Assembly (NCBI RefSeq): GCF_050320075.1
Contig: NZ_CP190018.1
DNA from: Escherichia coli
GTDB taxonomy: Bacteria > Pseudomonadota > Gammaproteobacteria > Enterobacterales > Enterobacteriaceae
Direction: 5' to 3' (one strand)
DNA: 64,000 bases
Shown here: positions 27,646-37,709 of the stretch, one piece after another
Layout of the letters: each line of letters begins with the position of its first letter
Position numbering within the stretch: the first letter of the stretch is position 1
Notes under the pieces: generated by a model
The model's database searches: none
The model's input: only the letters and a program-made list of their open reading frames with translations
Told to the model about the DNA's origin: nothing
Translations under genes and position numbers: made by a program

Positions 27646-30401
27646 TGAAACAGGCATGTGTTGAAGCTATTGCGCAGACACTTGGTCGCCAGCCAAAGGC
27701 TGATGAGCTGAAAAATATCGAAGATCGTATCAAAGAAGCAGTGCAACATGTGCACAGAAAGAATGCAAAAGAAGGCAAAAGTGGTATTCCTGATGCTCAA
27801 ACATACATGGATGCTGCAGAACTGGTACGCCAGCGTGTGGTTCATGATGTGTACAAGAAAAGACAGCGTGTTGCCCAGAATGCGATCGCCATCAGTAAAA
27901 TTACTGACACTCTCGATGCTAACATCCCGCCTGATCAGCAGACACCTGTTAATTTGCAGCAGTTTATTTTTGCTGGCCGACGATCGAGAGACAAAGCTGA
28001 TATCTCCGTTGCTTCTGCTGAAGAGCTTGCAATTGGGGCATATCAGGACTGGTCCCGTCAGCTCAGTGCTGAACTTCTAAAAGCAGGTGATGACGTCCGC
28101 AAATTCTTCGAGCAGAGCAGGGCGCTTGGAGAGCAGCGGTTTCGGAGTGTATTCGACAGGCAGGCGGCAAAGTCTGCACAACTCCAGATCCTGAAAGAAA
28201 TTTATGGCGAAGATACCGGGAATCCCCTGGCGAAGAAAATTGCACAGATTTGGAAGGATGTAACAGGCCGTGTTCGTCATGAGATGAACGACAACGGCTT
28301 TGACATAGGCCTGCGAGAAGACTGGCATACGCCATATGTGGATGATGCTGACCTTATTCGCAATGCCGGGCGCGAAGAATGGCTGGCATCGTTACCAGTG
28401 GCAGAGCAAGCTACAGCACGTCTTTCAGGTCGCCAGCCACCGATTGAGTTTGCCCGCCAGAAATGGGTTGATGACGCTTACAACACGCAGGATCGCAGCA
28501 ATTACGTTAATCCTGACGGCAGCATTATGAATGACGTCGAGTACCGTCAGGCACTGGAAGCGATCTTTGAAACGAAGGCCACTGATGGGGCAAACAAAAT
28601 TGAGCCCGGTACATTTATGGGAGCCGGAGGAATAAAGAGCCGTGGTTCTCAGCACAGGGGGATGGCGTTCAAGGATGCGCAGTCACACTTCGCCTATATG
28701 GAGCGATACACTCAGCAGCCGCTGGTGGGGGTGATGATGTCGCACCTGCAATCATCATCCAGGGATTTGGGCGTCGTTAAAGCCTTTGGTCCGGACGCCG
28801 AAAGAAACTTTTCCCTGGTACTGGATCGCATCTATAAGCGCGCAGTAACAGGCGGGAAACGCAAAAAAGAAATGGAGGATGAGGCCAAATTAGTAGCCCG
28901 TATGTTCAACTCAATGGCTGGCCTAAATGGTGTCGCTTCATCGAGTGTGTTCTCTTCAGCTGTTGGTGGTCTGCGTAACCTGATGACCAGCGCCATGCTT
29001 GGCACCAGCGTACTGACAGCAACCAGCGACCAGGCAATTATGCGGGCAAATGCGCAGGCGCTGGGCTTTACCCGTGGTGGAATGCGGCTTTCCGTTAACA
29101 CTATCAAAAACCTGTTTAGTGGAGATGCCAAAAAGGCGAATGCTGAACTCGGTCTGCTGGTGGATTCACATGCTGCTGTGGTTTCGAAAATGGGCGGGTT
29201 TGACTTGTCTCGCGGCATAACTGGCTGGTTCGCAGAGAAGACACTGAAGTGGTCCGGGCTGATCGCTATGGACCGCGCAAACAAAGCGTCGTTTGGTCTC
29301 CTGATGTACAAAAACATTGGCGAGCTGACCAGAAAATTTAAGACGCTGGACGATATGAAAGGAACCGATAAAACCATTCTGGCTAACAAGGGATGGAGCA
29401 ATGAGGACTGGGCCATCATGGCAGCGGCAGAACTCAGGCCGATGACTACTGCCGGGCATATGGGGATGACGCCAGACGCGATTTACGCTGTGCCCGATAA
29501 CGTAATCGCCGACATTATGGCAGACCGTATTACCCGGATTCGTGCCGGGAGTGAAAAGGCACTGGCAGCACTTGGAGATCTCCCTCCAGAACGCCTGAAA
29601 CGGATGAAAGAAGCATTCGACGCTGAGGCTGAGCAGACCATCACGCGCATGATTCGTAATGCACGCGCTGAAGCAGCCCATAAATTGCTGGGAATTACGC
29701 ACGGTGAGATGACCAATGCTGTGACCACCGCTACGGGTATTGATACATATGCCCGTGATGATGCTGGCGAGTTAATGAAGAGCTTCATGCTCTTCAAAAC
29801 AACCCCATTTGCTGGATTTCGGCAACTTGTTAACAGAACACGGGATTTGGACACCGTTCCGGCCATTAAATTTCTGGCCTCATATATCGGGGGAACAACT
29901 CTTGCTGGTATGTTTGCGATCCAGATGAACAGTTTGTTAAATGGTAATGATCCGCTGGATATGACAAAACCAACCACATGGGTTCAGGCTTTACTGAAAG
30001 GTGGTTCGTTCGGTATCTACGGTGATTTTATTTTCCAGGACCATACGCAATATGGCTCCAGCATCGGTGCCACTATGGGTGGCCCTGTGTTGAGCTTTGC
30101 AGAGCAGTTAACAAAATTACTGATTACTAACCCACAGAAGGCTCTACAGGGTGAAGAAACATCATTCGGTGCCGATGCACTGAAAACAGCCCGCATGATC
30201 ACCCCATTCGCAAACCTGTGGTATGCGAAAGCGATAACCAATCACCTGATATTGCAACAACTTCAGGAGATGGCAAACCCTGGTTACAATGATCGAGTAA
30301 GGGACCGCGCGCAACGGGAGTTCGACATAACGAGTTGGTGGGAACCGGGTGCTATTGCGCCACGTAGAGCACCGGATTTTGGAAAGGCGGTGGGGAACTG
30401 A
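27645..30401 (+). CDS. large hypothetical protein (about 918 aa)
   Basis: ATG at 27645 overlaps previous stop (TAATG); ORF track 27624..30401. Confidence 0.65.
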   Translation: MKQACVEAIAQTLGRQPKADELKNIEDRIKEAVQHVHRKNAKEGKSGIPDAQTYMDAAELVRQRVVHDVYKKRQRVAQNAIAISKITDTLDANIPPDQQTPVNLQQFIFAGRRSRDKADISVASAEELAIGAYQDWSRQLSAELLKAGDDVRKFFEQSRALGEQRFRSVFDRQAAKSAQLQILKEIYGEDTGNPLAKKIAQIWKDVTGRVRHEMNDNGFDIGLREDWHTPYVDDADLIRNAGREEWLASLPVAEQATARLSGRQPPIEFARQKWVDDAYNTQDRSNYVNPDGSIMNDVEYRQALEAIFETKATDGANKIEPGTFMGAGGIKSRGSQHRGMAFKDAQSHFAYMERYTQQPLVGVMMSHLQSSSRDLGVVKAFGPDAERNFSLVLDRIYKRAVTGGKRKKEMEDEAKLVARMFNSMAGLNGVASSSVFSSAVGGLRNLMTSAMLGTSVLTATSDQAIMRANAQALGFTRGGMRLSVNTIKNLFSGDAKKANAELGLLVDSHAAVVSKMGGFDLSRGITGWFAEKTLKWSGLIAMDRANKASFGLLMYKNIGELTRKFKTLDDMKGTDKTILANKGWSNEDWAIMAAAELRPMTTAGHMGMTPDAIYAVPDNVIADIMADRITRIRAGSEKALAALGDLPPERLKRMKEAFDAEAEQTITRMIRNARAEAAHKLLGITHGEMTNAVTTATGIDTYARDDAGELMKSFMLFKTTPFAGFRQLVNRTRDLDTVPAIKFLASYIGGTTLAGMFAIQMNSLLNGNDPLDMTKPTTWVQALLKGGSFGIYGDFIFQDHTQYGSSIGATMGGPVLSFAEQLTKLLITNPQKALQGEETSFGADALKTARMITPFANLWYAKAITNHLILQQLQEMANPGYNDRVRDRAQREFDITSWWEPGAIAPRRAPDFGKAVGN

Positions 30402-30715
30402 TGACGAGAGATAAAATTGAATATATTGCTTCTCTTAAATATGAAGCTGAGAAATGGAGAAGGATTGGCTGGTGGGGAACATTAATATCACTCTCTGCTT
30501 TACTTATAGACTCCTGGTTCAGACATATTGATGCAGCATCATTACTTTTTGAATCAGCAGTACTTGGTGGATTCATTTGCTGTTGGGGTGGTAATTATGA
30601 TCGGGCGTCCAAACATAAGAGAGAACTTGACGCGATATGTTTTGCTTTATTCGGTAAGGATTACGAAAGTTCTGACCTTGATATAATTGAATTCAACAAA
30701 ACGGAACTATCGTGA
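30401..30715 (+). CDS. small membrane protein (104 aa)
   Basis: Start overlaps previous stop (TGATG); two hydrophobic helices (WWGTLISLSALLI, AVLGGFICCWGG). Confidence 0.5.
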   Translation: MTRDKIEYIASLKYEAEKWRRIGWWGTLISLSALLIDSWFRHIDAASLLFESAVLGGFICCWGGNYDRASKHKRELDAICFALFGKDYESSDLDIIEFNKTELS

Positions 30716-30723
30716 CATGTCAC

Positions 30724-30749
30724 AGGCCGCTTTCGCGGCCTTGTTTTTA
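30724..30749 (+). terminator. intrinsic terminator ending the cargo operon
   Basis: AGGCCGCTTTCGCGGCCT followed by TGTTTTTA. Confidence 0.6.
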
Positions 30750-31417
30750 ACGAATGCCACCGCCGCCCGGGCGGGAATTCGCAGATAAAAAAGCACGCTG
30801 CACGGTTTTATTAATACTTATACCATTAGGATTGATCCTTCAATGGACAATCCTTCCATCGTGTGGCCAGCCATTCATATTCTTTGTCTTTTCTTCAGTA
30901 TCGGCTTTGCATCTTCTACACCCTGAAAGATGTCGTTTTATGGTGTATCTGATGATTTATTCCCTAACAATAGATATTCGAAAAATTAATCAGTTAAAAC
31001 AATTATTTGGATAATTTCAGGTAAAACTATCTTAATCTTCTGGTGGATCTCAATGCGTAGTGACGGTATCGGGATTAAGGGCGTGGATATTCGCGATATA
31101 TGCCGCTACACCCCTCAACAGTAATAGATATGAGCTTTTCACGCTCTCCTTTCACTGCTGAGAACGGCAACAACGTGCCACAGGAACGCGCTGTAATCGA
31201 TTCTGACGCACTTAATTGCGTTGGGTAATGGTTTTTGCCAGCCTGTGGGGGTAACTCTGTTTTATGAGGCTTTGGCTATAGTGCAAAAATACACTTTGTC
31301 TTGCCTCTCAATTTGATGAGACTGGAACGACAACAGGACAGACCACCAGCAACAGTTACCGTATTCAGCCGTTCTGTGGCACCAGTGGAACTATCAACCC
31401 CTGCTTTCAGAAATGTG

Positions 31418-31573
31418 TTTGCGGGTTATTTTGGGGCGTTTGCGGGTTATTTGGGATGTTTTGCGGGTTATGTGATGCTTGAATAATGAACAGTGTATTT
31501 TGCAACATATTGATACTAAAGAACAAAAAATAGTTAGAATACTAAGATAACCCGGTAACCCGCATAACCCGCA
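31418..31573. repeat. iteron cluster 2: three GTTTGCGGGTTAT and three TAACCCG(C/G)A copies flanking an AT-rich spacer
   Basis: gtttgcgggttatt x2, ttttgcgggttatg, then ataacccggtaacccgcataacccgca; same motif as cluster 1. Confidence 0.6.
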
Positions 31574-31978
31574 CTGTTTTGTATATATATACGAAAAATT
31601 GCATTCAGGAGGGGGGGAGCGAAATCCCTACAATCCATTGCTTATGGGACCGCCCGCCTCGTCAAATTTTTACACCCGCGAAATAAAAAAATACTTCACG
31701 CTGGTGGGCATGATGCTGATATGGGAGGCTTCCATAACGCCACCATTCGGAACTATGCAAATCTGCATAGAAAAGGGGATGCCTGATACAATACCCTCGC
31801 CCGATAAAATCACACCGATAAACTCATCTGCCACGAGTAGAAAGAGCGAACGAACCCGATACGCAGTAATGCTTGTCGGGTACAGCTTTTTAAGGCGGCT
31901 GTAGATATCAGGCCATCCGTGATCATCCACCAGCGAGATAGCCGATAACGATGACGCATAACCCTCAAGCGAGGGATA

Positions 31979-32003
31979 AATGTGTATAGAAATGTGTATA
32001 GAA
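31979..32003. repeat. tandem ATGTGTATAGAA repeats (candidate integrase arm-type sites)
   Basis: aatgtgtatagaa-atgtgtatagaa about 58 bp from attR; related gtgtatag / ctatacaca motifs near int at 13040-13092. Confidence 0.35.
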
Positions 32004-32060
32004 TTGATTTTAGAACTCGCAGGATTCGCGCTATTACTGGCCTTGTGTGATGTTGTATTG

Positions 32061-32076
32061 TTCCCTTCGCCCGCTC
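32061..32076. repeat. attR core: 16-bp direct repeat of the tRNA-Gly 3' end, followed by CA (intact CCA context)
   Basis: TTCCCTTCGCCCGCTC identical to 12913..12928. Confidence 0.7.
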
Positions 32077-32575
32077 CAGAATCTCCCCAGGTGGAGAAGA
32101 CTAAAAAAGTCTTCTCTGTCAGCAACTTAAACAGTTACCTATTTAATTTGCTTAGGAGTTCTACCATTGTGATCCGCCCTTAGTAACTGTCACGTTAAGT
32201 TACACGGTGAGATGACAGTATAACCTAACGTTGGCGGCAGTTGCACCTCTCACACCGCGATAGCACAACGTGAAGATAAAGCCCATCCTGGCATTGTAAT
32301 GTCATCGACAGACTGAACACACGCATTTAAGCCCGATGTGCGGCCTTGTGGCTGCGTAAACAGGTTTATGGTGATATTGGTCCTTGCAAACCATATGCAA
32401 GCTCTATCAGCGTTTCAGCCACGCTCCCAACGGGTACACGGTTATCCTGATAAGGTGTGATCTTTCTGACAATCTGATGAAGTCGCTACGCTCCCGCTTG
32501 TTGCTGTATCACCAACGGGGCTTTATGGTTTCTATTGTCTATAATAATCTCACAATTCCCCTGCATGAGGTTGAT

Positions 32576-32782
32576 ATGACTGTTAGCTACAAGATTACTT
32601 ATGAGCATAGAGACGGTGATCAAATTAGAATGGAAGAGGTTTTATTCCATTCAGAGCATGAACCAACAAAAGATGAAATTCATGATGCAGTAAGAAAAGA
32701 TACTGTGAGATTTAATTCTCCATCTAATGGAGTAACGGCTGTTTCAGGGTTTAAAGTGATTTCGGTTGTCCCTGTTCCATGA
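32576..32782 (+). CDS. small hypothetical protein (about 68 aa)
   Basis: ATG at 32576 preceded by GAGG; part of ORF 32384..32782. Confidence 0.35.
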   Translation: MTVSYKITYEHRDGDQIRMEEVLFHSEHEPTKDEIHDAVRKDTVRFNSPSNGVTAVSGFKVISVVPVP

Positions 32783-32815
32783 ATGGTTATAGAAGGGGCT
32801 GGAAGCCCCTAATTA

Positions 32816-33136
32816 TTACTTCTTAATATCGCCAGTGCATTGATATTCGATAGTCACAAGTGTTTGCATACAACCAGATGAAGAAGGTTGTGAACATTGA
32901 GAAGTGAATCCACCAAAAGGCTCGGCTCCTGAATATCCCCAAGCGGCACAACGCGCTTTGGCTGCATTCATGCCTTGTTGTGGATCTACAACAGGGCTTT
33001 CAAACATACCGTAAGAATAACTCATCCTAACTGTGCCGTCTGATTTGCTTCCACCAGTTGGAACGAGTTGTTTTTTTGTTGCACATCCAGAAATAATCAA
33101 TGTTGAAGCAAGTAACAGCATTAAACTTTTGCGCAT
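32816..33136 (-). CDS. putative lipoprotein
   Basis: Signal peptide and lipobox (LIISGCATK); 106 aa with several Cys. Confidence 0.5.
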   Translation of the reverse strand: MRKSLMLLLASTLIISGCATKKQLVPTGGSKSDGTVRMSYSYGMFESPVVDPQQGMNAAKARCAAWGYSGAEPFGGFTSQCSQPSSSGCMQTLVTIEYQCTGDIKK

Positions 33137-33280
33137 GTAAATAATCCCAAGAGATAATGGTTATGTATTGATTTAAAGCGTTTTTAGATTAATGCATTAA
33201 CTTAGCAAAATTAAGTCTTTTCTGATTGTTTGCAGAGTAAAAATGAGTTGCTTTCGAAATTATTTCGGATGTTTATTGTA

Positions 33281-33448
33281 TTACGGTTTTTCAAACCGTC
33301 TAACTATTGTCGCTATTGAATGGGCAATAATAGCAAGAGGATTCATTTCGTCATTGGAGGCAACAAAAAGTCGGTAACTAATAGCCACAACGAATGCAGC
33401 AATAACGAGAAAGCGGATAGTGCTAAGATGTTTTGAAGATAAATGCAT
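33281..33448 (-). CDS. small hydrophobic peptide (55 aa), speculative
   Basis: MHLSSKHLSTIRFLVIAAFVVAISYRLFVASNDEMNPLAIIAHSIATIVRRFEKP; below the ORF-track size cutoff, found by manual translation. Confidence 0.25.
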   Translation of the reverse strand: MHLSSKHLSTIRFLVIAAFVVAISYRLFVASNDEMNPLAIIAHSIATIVRRFEKP

Positions 33449-33788
33449 AACGCCCCCTAAATGAATGTGAGGGGGATTAAATCATGCAAATTTGTTATGT
33501 GCAATACTGGTAATTTATCCTAATAGTCTACTATTCACCTCAATCTACGTCAACCAATATTTGATGTAGATTTAATTTTCTTTTAAAAACAATATGTTGC
33601 AATTTGTTGGATTTTTGGGTTAGGTTGTTTTTTGAACGTTTCCATCAAGTGTAAAGATACGTTTAGCCTTCATAGTGAGTTCAGTTACTGTCTTTTTATC
33701 TGAAATCGGCGCAAACGTGATCATCGCTTAACGAGAAGATCAGCGCCGTCAGGTCCACGCGGCGACAACTCTGAAATATCAGGAGGCA

Positions 33789-34340
33789 TTACGCTTCCTG
33801 CTCTTTCTTGATACGTTGCACCGTCTGTGTGCTGACACTGAAATCTTTTGCTACGCTCCGAATTGATCCACCATTCGCGAGAGCGGCAGCAATTCCTGCT
33901 CGATCAATTGCTTTTCCATTACCACGTTTTGCTATACGTCCAGCGGCCTTAGCTGCGGCGATCCCTTCACGTTGACGCTCAAGCATCATTTCACGTTCCA
34001 TTTGTGCCACTGCTGCAAGCACTGTGAGCATCATATTCCCTGCGGGAGAGTTCTTCCCTGTCTTAAAGTCTTCTTTATGGAAATGCACAGACACGCCGCG
34101 CTCTGTTAATTGCTCAACCGTTGCCAGTAGGTCGGCTGTATTACGGCAAAGTCGATCAATGCTGTGAACATGCAAAACATCACCTTCCCGCACATAGTTC
34201 ATCATTGCCTCAAACTGTGGGCGCTGGGTATTTTTGCCTGACGCTTTATCTTCAAAGACTTTATCAAGAGTTACTCCAGCTAATTGACGGTCTGTGTTTT
34301 GTTGGACAGTCGATACCCTAATGTATCCAATATTAGCCAT
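33789..34340 (-). CDS. serine recombinase (resolvase / DNA-invertase family)
   Basis: N-terminal IGYIRVSTVQQNTDRQ with catalytic Ser; C-terminal HTH; ORF 33789..34346. Confidence 0.8.
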   Translation of the reverse strand: MANIGYIRVSTVQQNTDRQLAGVTLDKVFEDKASGKNTQRPQFEAMMNYVREGDVLHVHSIDRLCRNTADLLATVEQLTERGVSVHFHKEDFKTGKNSPAGNMMLTVLAAVAQMEREMMLERQREGIAAAKAAGRIAKRGNGKAIDRAGIAAALANGGSIRSVAKDFSVSTQTVQRIKKEQEA

Positions 34341-35267
34341 TTTCATTTTCCTTCTGTGTTGATTTGTGTGTAGTGATTATTGATCGTGTTGATTAGGTGT
34401 GTAAAGGACTTTTTTCACTACGAAATTCGAAGGTTTTTAGTGTGGTGATTTAGCCTGCTTTATCACTACACGTCTTGCATGAGAATCATGTAGTTACATT
34501 TTGGTAAAATTAGCAAGCTATTAAATAGTGTGTTTATTTTGAAAAAATAATTTTTTGTTGCATTAAAGGAAACTTGTTCAATAAATGATAGAACGTTTAT
34601 TGAGCAACAATTTTGCAGTGATGCGCTATATGCCGCATTACATAAGGCTTTGCTGATGATAATGTAAAAGTGAAGAAAGCTAACATTGCTCTTTTAAGCT
34701 ACTTTTCATTGAATTTTTAGTATGGAATTACATAGGGATAAACTATGAATATTCTATGATTTACACGAGATATTCTTGCTGTTTAATTCCGGCTTTGGAG
34801 ATCAGGCATTCGCAAGAATACGCTAACGCGTTGCCTGAAAAGCCATTGCACATAATAGAGGTGAGCGTATAGCGAACTATCAATGTGATCATTGCACGAA
34901 TGATAATGAGTGGATATAGATTCTATATATCGTTAGATTGTAGTTTGATAGTTAATGTGTAATGTAGATTGTATGAGCGTATAGCGAATGTTAGTTAGAT
35001 CAACAACAAACTAACCTTTAAATCTCTTTTATCTTCTCATAGATATGGCTATGCGTAGCAACCGAAGGTTAGCCAATCATCTCTATGCAGCCGTAAGGCT
35101 GTTTTGCATGTAATAGTTGTTTGTTGTTGTTAGACAGTTACCAATTTATAGATCAGAGATAGATGTGAGCGTTGAGCGATACACTAATCATAACAACATC
35201 TTCTTACTTTTTAGTTAGTTGTTAGTAGGTTATTGTTATGCGCGCTATTAGCGCATGTATAAAGGTA

Positions 35268-35370
35268 TCATTTTTATCTAAAGGGCTTTAGACATTTTTG
35301 ATACCTTTTTCATCTCTAAAAAAGTGTAATTTTTATCTAAAGGGGCTTTAGACATTTTTTACACCTTTTT
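35268..35370. repeat. two copies of an approximately 42-bp direct repeat
   Basis: atttttatctaaagggctttagacatttttgataccttttt and atttttatctaaaggggctttagacattttttacaccttttt. Confidence 0.6.
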
Positions 35371-35553
35371 CTGTGCAAGACACTTACCAGTGTGCACAAT
35401 ACTTATGCTTTTCTAAAGCCGGGAATTTTTAAGTTTGATTGATCAATTGTTAACTTTAAAAGTTACTTTTAACAATCACTTAGACGATCTAAAGCCGCAA
35501 TTAACATAATATAAGTTGACATGCAAGCACTTTTTACCGTATAGTGCGGGTTT

Positions 35554-35604
35554 CCTACCTACCCAGGAAATGAGTTCCTACCTACCCAGGAAATGAGTTC
35601 CTAC
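35554..35604. repeat. 23-bp tandem repeat, about 2.2 copies
   Basis: cctacctacccaggaaatgagtt x2 followed by partial cctaca. Confidence 0.65.
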
Positions 35605-36701
35605 AATACTATAATTAAACTACAATTAAACTATCTTTTATAAATTCTTTTATCTTTTAAAGAATAATTATAGGGATACCCGTTAGGGAGTCTTCGACTA
35701 TCCCTTAATCTATTGGCATTCGCCAGAACCTTGCACAAGTTAGACTGATGCTTGTCATAACAGATAGTTTTTGTTTTTTGTTAGTAGTTAGCTGATCTAT
35801 GTTCGCTTTCCGCTCACAACGAATATGTAATCTACTATGTGCAAATAGCCTACGGCTTGCGTATGGCTAATAGTCTTGCGCTGTGCGCAGAACGATAATT
35901 AACTAACTACCATCTAACGATTGAAATTTACTTGTGCAATAACCTGAGCATAAGCGAATGGTTGTTAGTGTCTATGCGCTGTGCGCTTCAATAGTTCCAT
36001 TGATGAGGCTTACGCCAATCTAACGATCATCAATCTATTTAAGAGAAAATCTATTGTGCAATACTCTGACGAGTGCAATAACCTTGTGTGCTACGCGTTA
36101 GCGATGTTAGCACATAGACACAGACAACAACCAACAACAAACAAAAAAGAAAGAATGGTTTTAGTAGTTGAAGGTTAAATAAGTTTCTACCGCTTAAATC
36201 AAGCCGTAGGCGAGCTAAACGTATATAAGGTAGGGAAACACTTAGCGGTAATAGATTAGCTCGTTATAGAGCTTCTGAGGAGCTTTACAGGTATTTTATA
36301 AGATGTCTGAAATCAGAGTTTATCTATCCACCATCTTTCCATCATCTGATAAATCAAAAATAAGCCCCTTAAATAAGCCTCTGACGAGATAAACAACCTC
36401 TACATAAGGGAATGTATTGTTTTTATCAAAACCCCCGTCAGAGTGCGATTGAGAGCGTTTTAGACAACAGGGAAGAATTGTACCAGAGTAGGCAGCACAA
36501 AAAGCTAAGAAAAATTATAAGAAATTGAAAATGATCAAGTTTTTTATAAAAGAGGGTTGACAAAGCCGCCGTTATGTAGTATTGTAAGTAGGGAGGGGAG
36601 AAACATCTCTCTCCATCTAAATAATCAAATCACAGAACACTGCACTTTGAGCCGTCAGGCTGCAAGGTGTGTTTTTCTTTTATCTAAATAAGGAGTTTTT
36701 T

Positions 36702-36884
36702 ATGAAATGGTATACACCGGAACACGTCGTAGAGGCATTTAAAAAAGGTGAGCTAACACGACATCAAGTAAGGATGAACAGGAACACAGCGCGGCGCTGT
36801 GGTTATCCAGAGCGTGAAAAATGCTTTGACGATGCACTAAAAATTATTGATGAACTGCGTAAGGCAGAAGCAGAGAAAGAATAA
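36702..36884 (+). CDS. small hypothetical protein (60 aa)
   Basis: ATG with AAGGAG 8 nt upstream; MKWYTPEHVVEAFKKGELTRHQ. Confidence 0.35.
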   Translation: MKWYTPEHVVEAFKKGELTRHQVRMNRNTARRCGYPEREKCFDDALKIIDELRKAEAEKE

Positions 36885-36907
36885 TAACAGGAGAAGGAGA
36901 AAACCAA

Positions 36908-37087
36908 ATGAATATTAATTTTGATTCTGCAACTTATAACGCGTTGTTAAATCGTGCAAAGGCAGAAGGGAAATCAATTCCAAAACTTGTTAATGAATTA
37001 CTAATTACAGTCCTTACAAAGGAGGAACTAAATGAACCAAAACACCAAAACAATTGCCGAAGCAAAAGCGCAATGCCTCAATAAGAA
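36908..37087 (+). CDS. small ribbon-helix-helix-like protein (about 59 aa), tentative
   Basis: Manual translation MNINFDSATYNALLNRAKAEGKSIPKLVNELL; GGAGAAAA upstream. Confidence 0.3.
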
Positions 37088-37697
37088 AGATAGTAAACAA
37101 ACATATGTAGTAGTTGAACAATGGCTGAAGATGTTTAAAAAGTGGTTCTCACCGTCAGGTAAGGAATACACCGCGACACTTCCAGCCGTTGAAATCTACA
37201 GTTACGTAGCTGGGTTCAATGAACAAGGGCAAGAATGTTACGCCAATCAAAAAACATTAGCTAATATTGGAATGGTTAGTGATCGTCAGGTGCGTAATAT
37301 TATAAATATGTTTATTGATATGGGTGTTCTTTCTGTAGAGGCACGGGACGGGCAAACATCACTCTATAAAGCATTACCCTTTACAGATGCACACATCACA
37401 CCACCGGAAGACGTAAAAACCTCTGTAAACGTAGAACAGCCTGCACCTGAAACACAGGAACCGTTAGAAGCGACACACTCTATTGAGCAGGAAACACAGG
37501 CAGAAATCACGGAACAATCTGATCTTTTTACATGGCTTATTTCCATAGACAGCCAAAAGCCTATGCAAGAAGAAACAGAAAATTTTATAAAACGTGCACT
37601 GACCTCGAAGAGGATAATTCTTGAAGATGATGCTTTTAATGCACTGATGATAGCCCTGAGAAAAGAAAGTGAAATCTATGACTCAATACCATTTTAA
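37032..37697 (+). CDS. hypothetical protein (221 aa), possible winged-helix DNA-binding / replication-initiator-like protein with acidic C-terminal half
   Basis: TLANIGMVSDRQVRNIINMFIDMGVL helix-turn-helix-like segment; functional call is weak. Confidence 0.35.
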   Translation: MNQNTKTIAEAKAQCLNKKDSKQTYVVVEQWLKMFKKWFSPSGKEYTATLPAVEIYSYVAGFNEQGQECYANQKTLANIGMVSDRQVRNIINMFIDMGVLSVEARDGQTSLYKALPFTDAHITPPEDVKTSVNVEQPAPETQEPLEATHSIEQETQAEITEQSDLFTWLISIDSQKPMQEETENFIKRALTSKRIILEDDAFNALMIALRKESEIYDSIPF

Positions 37698-37709
37698 GGA
37701 GAATAAAAA

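Larger units (their letters stand above)
12929..32076. mobile_element. P4-like integrative element (satellite-phage-like island) inserted at the 3' end of glyU, about 19.1 kb
   Basis: tRNA-adjacent P4-type integrase, AlpA, antirepressor-like genes, replication protein with iterons, bounded by 16-bp direct repeats of the tRNA 3' end. Confidence 0.7.
34350..36690. other. 2.3-kb AT-rich non-coding region dense in direct and inverted repeats
   Basis: No credible ORF; recurring GAGCGTATAGCGAA, GTTAGTT/AACTAAC, GCGCTGTGCGC, (T/G)GTGCAATAACC motifs. Confidence 0.5.

Noticed and set aside
28832-29977. Minus-strand ORFs of 164-195 aa inside the 925-aa gene
   Set aside because: Antisense to a long, well-supported ORF in an operon context; no independent start signals
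31301-31486. 61-aa ORF over the iterons
   Set aside because: Reading frame is generated by the GCGGGTTAT repeats themselves (repetitive FAGYFGAFAGYLGCFAGYV translation)
31670-32125. 151-aa minus-strand ORF
   Set aside because: Spans the attR core (32061-32076), so it crosses the element boundary; low-complexity translation
35981-36178. 65-aa ORF in the AT-rich repeat region
   Set aside because: No RBS, low-complexity C-terminus (QQPTTNKKER), embedded among dispersed repeats
34350-36690. Possible CRISPR array in the repeat-dense AT-rich region
   Set aside because: Repeats are of several unrelated families with irregular spacing and copy numbers of 2-3; no regularly spaced repeat-spacer structure and no cas genes
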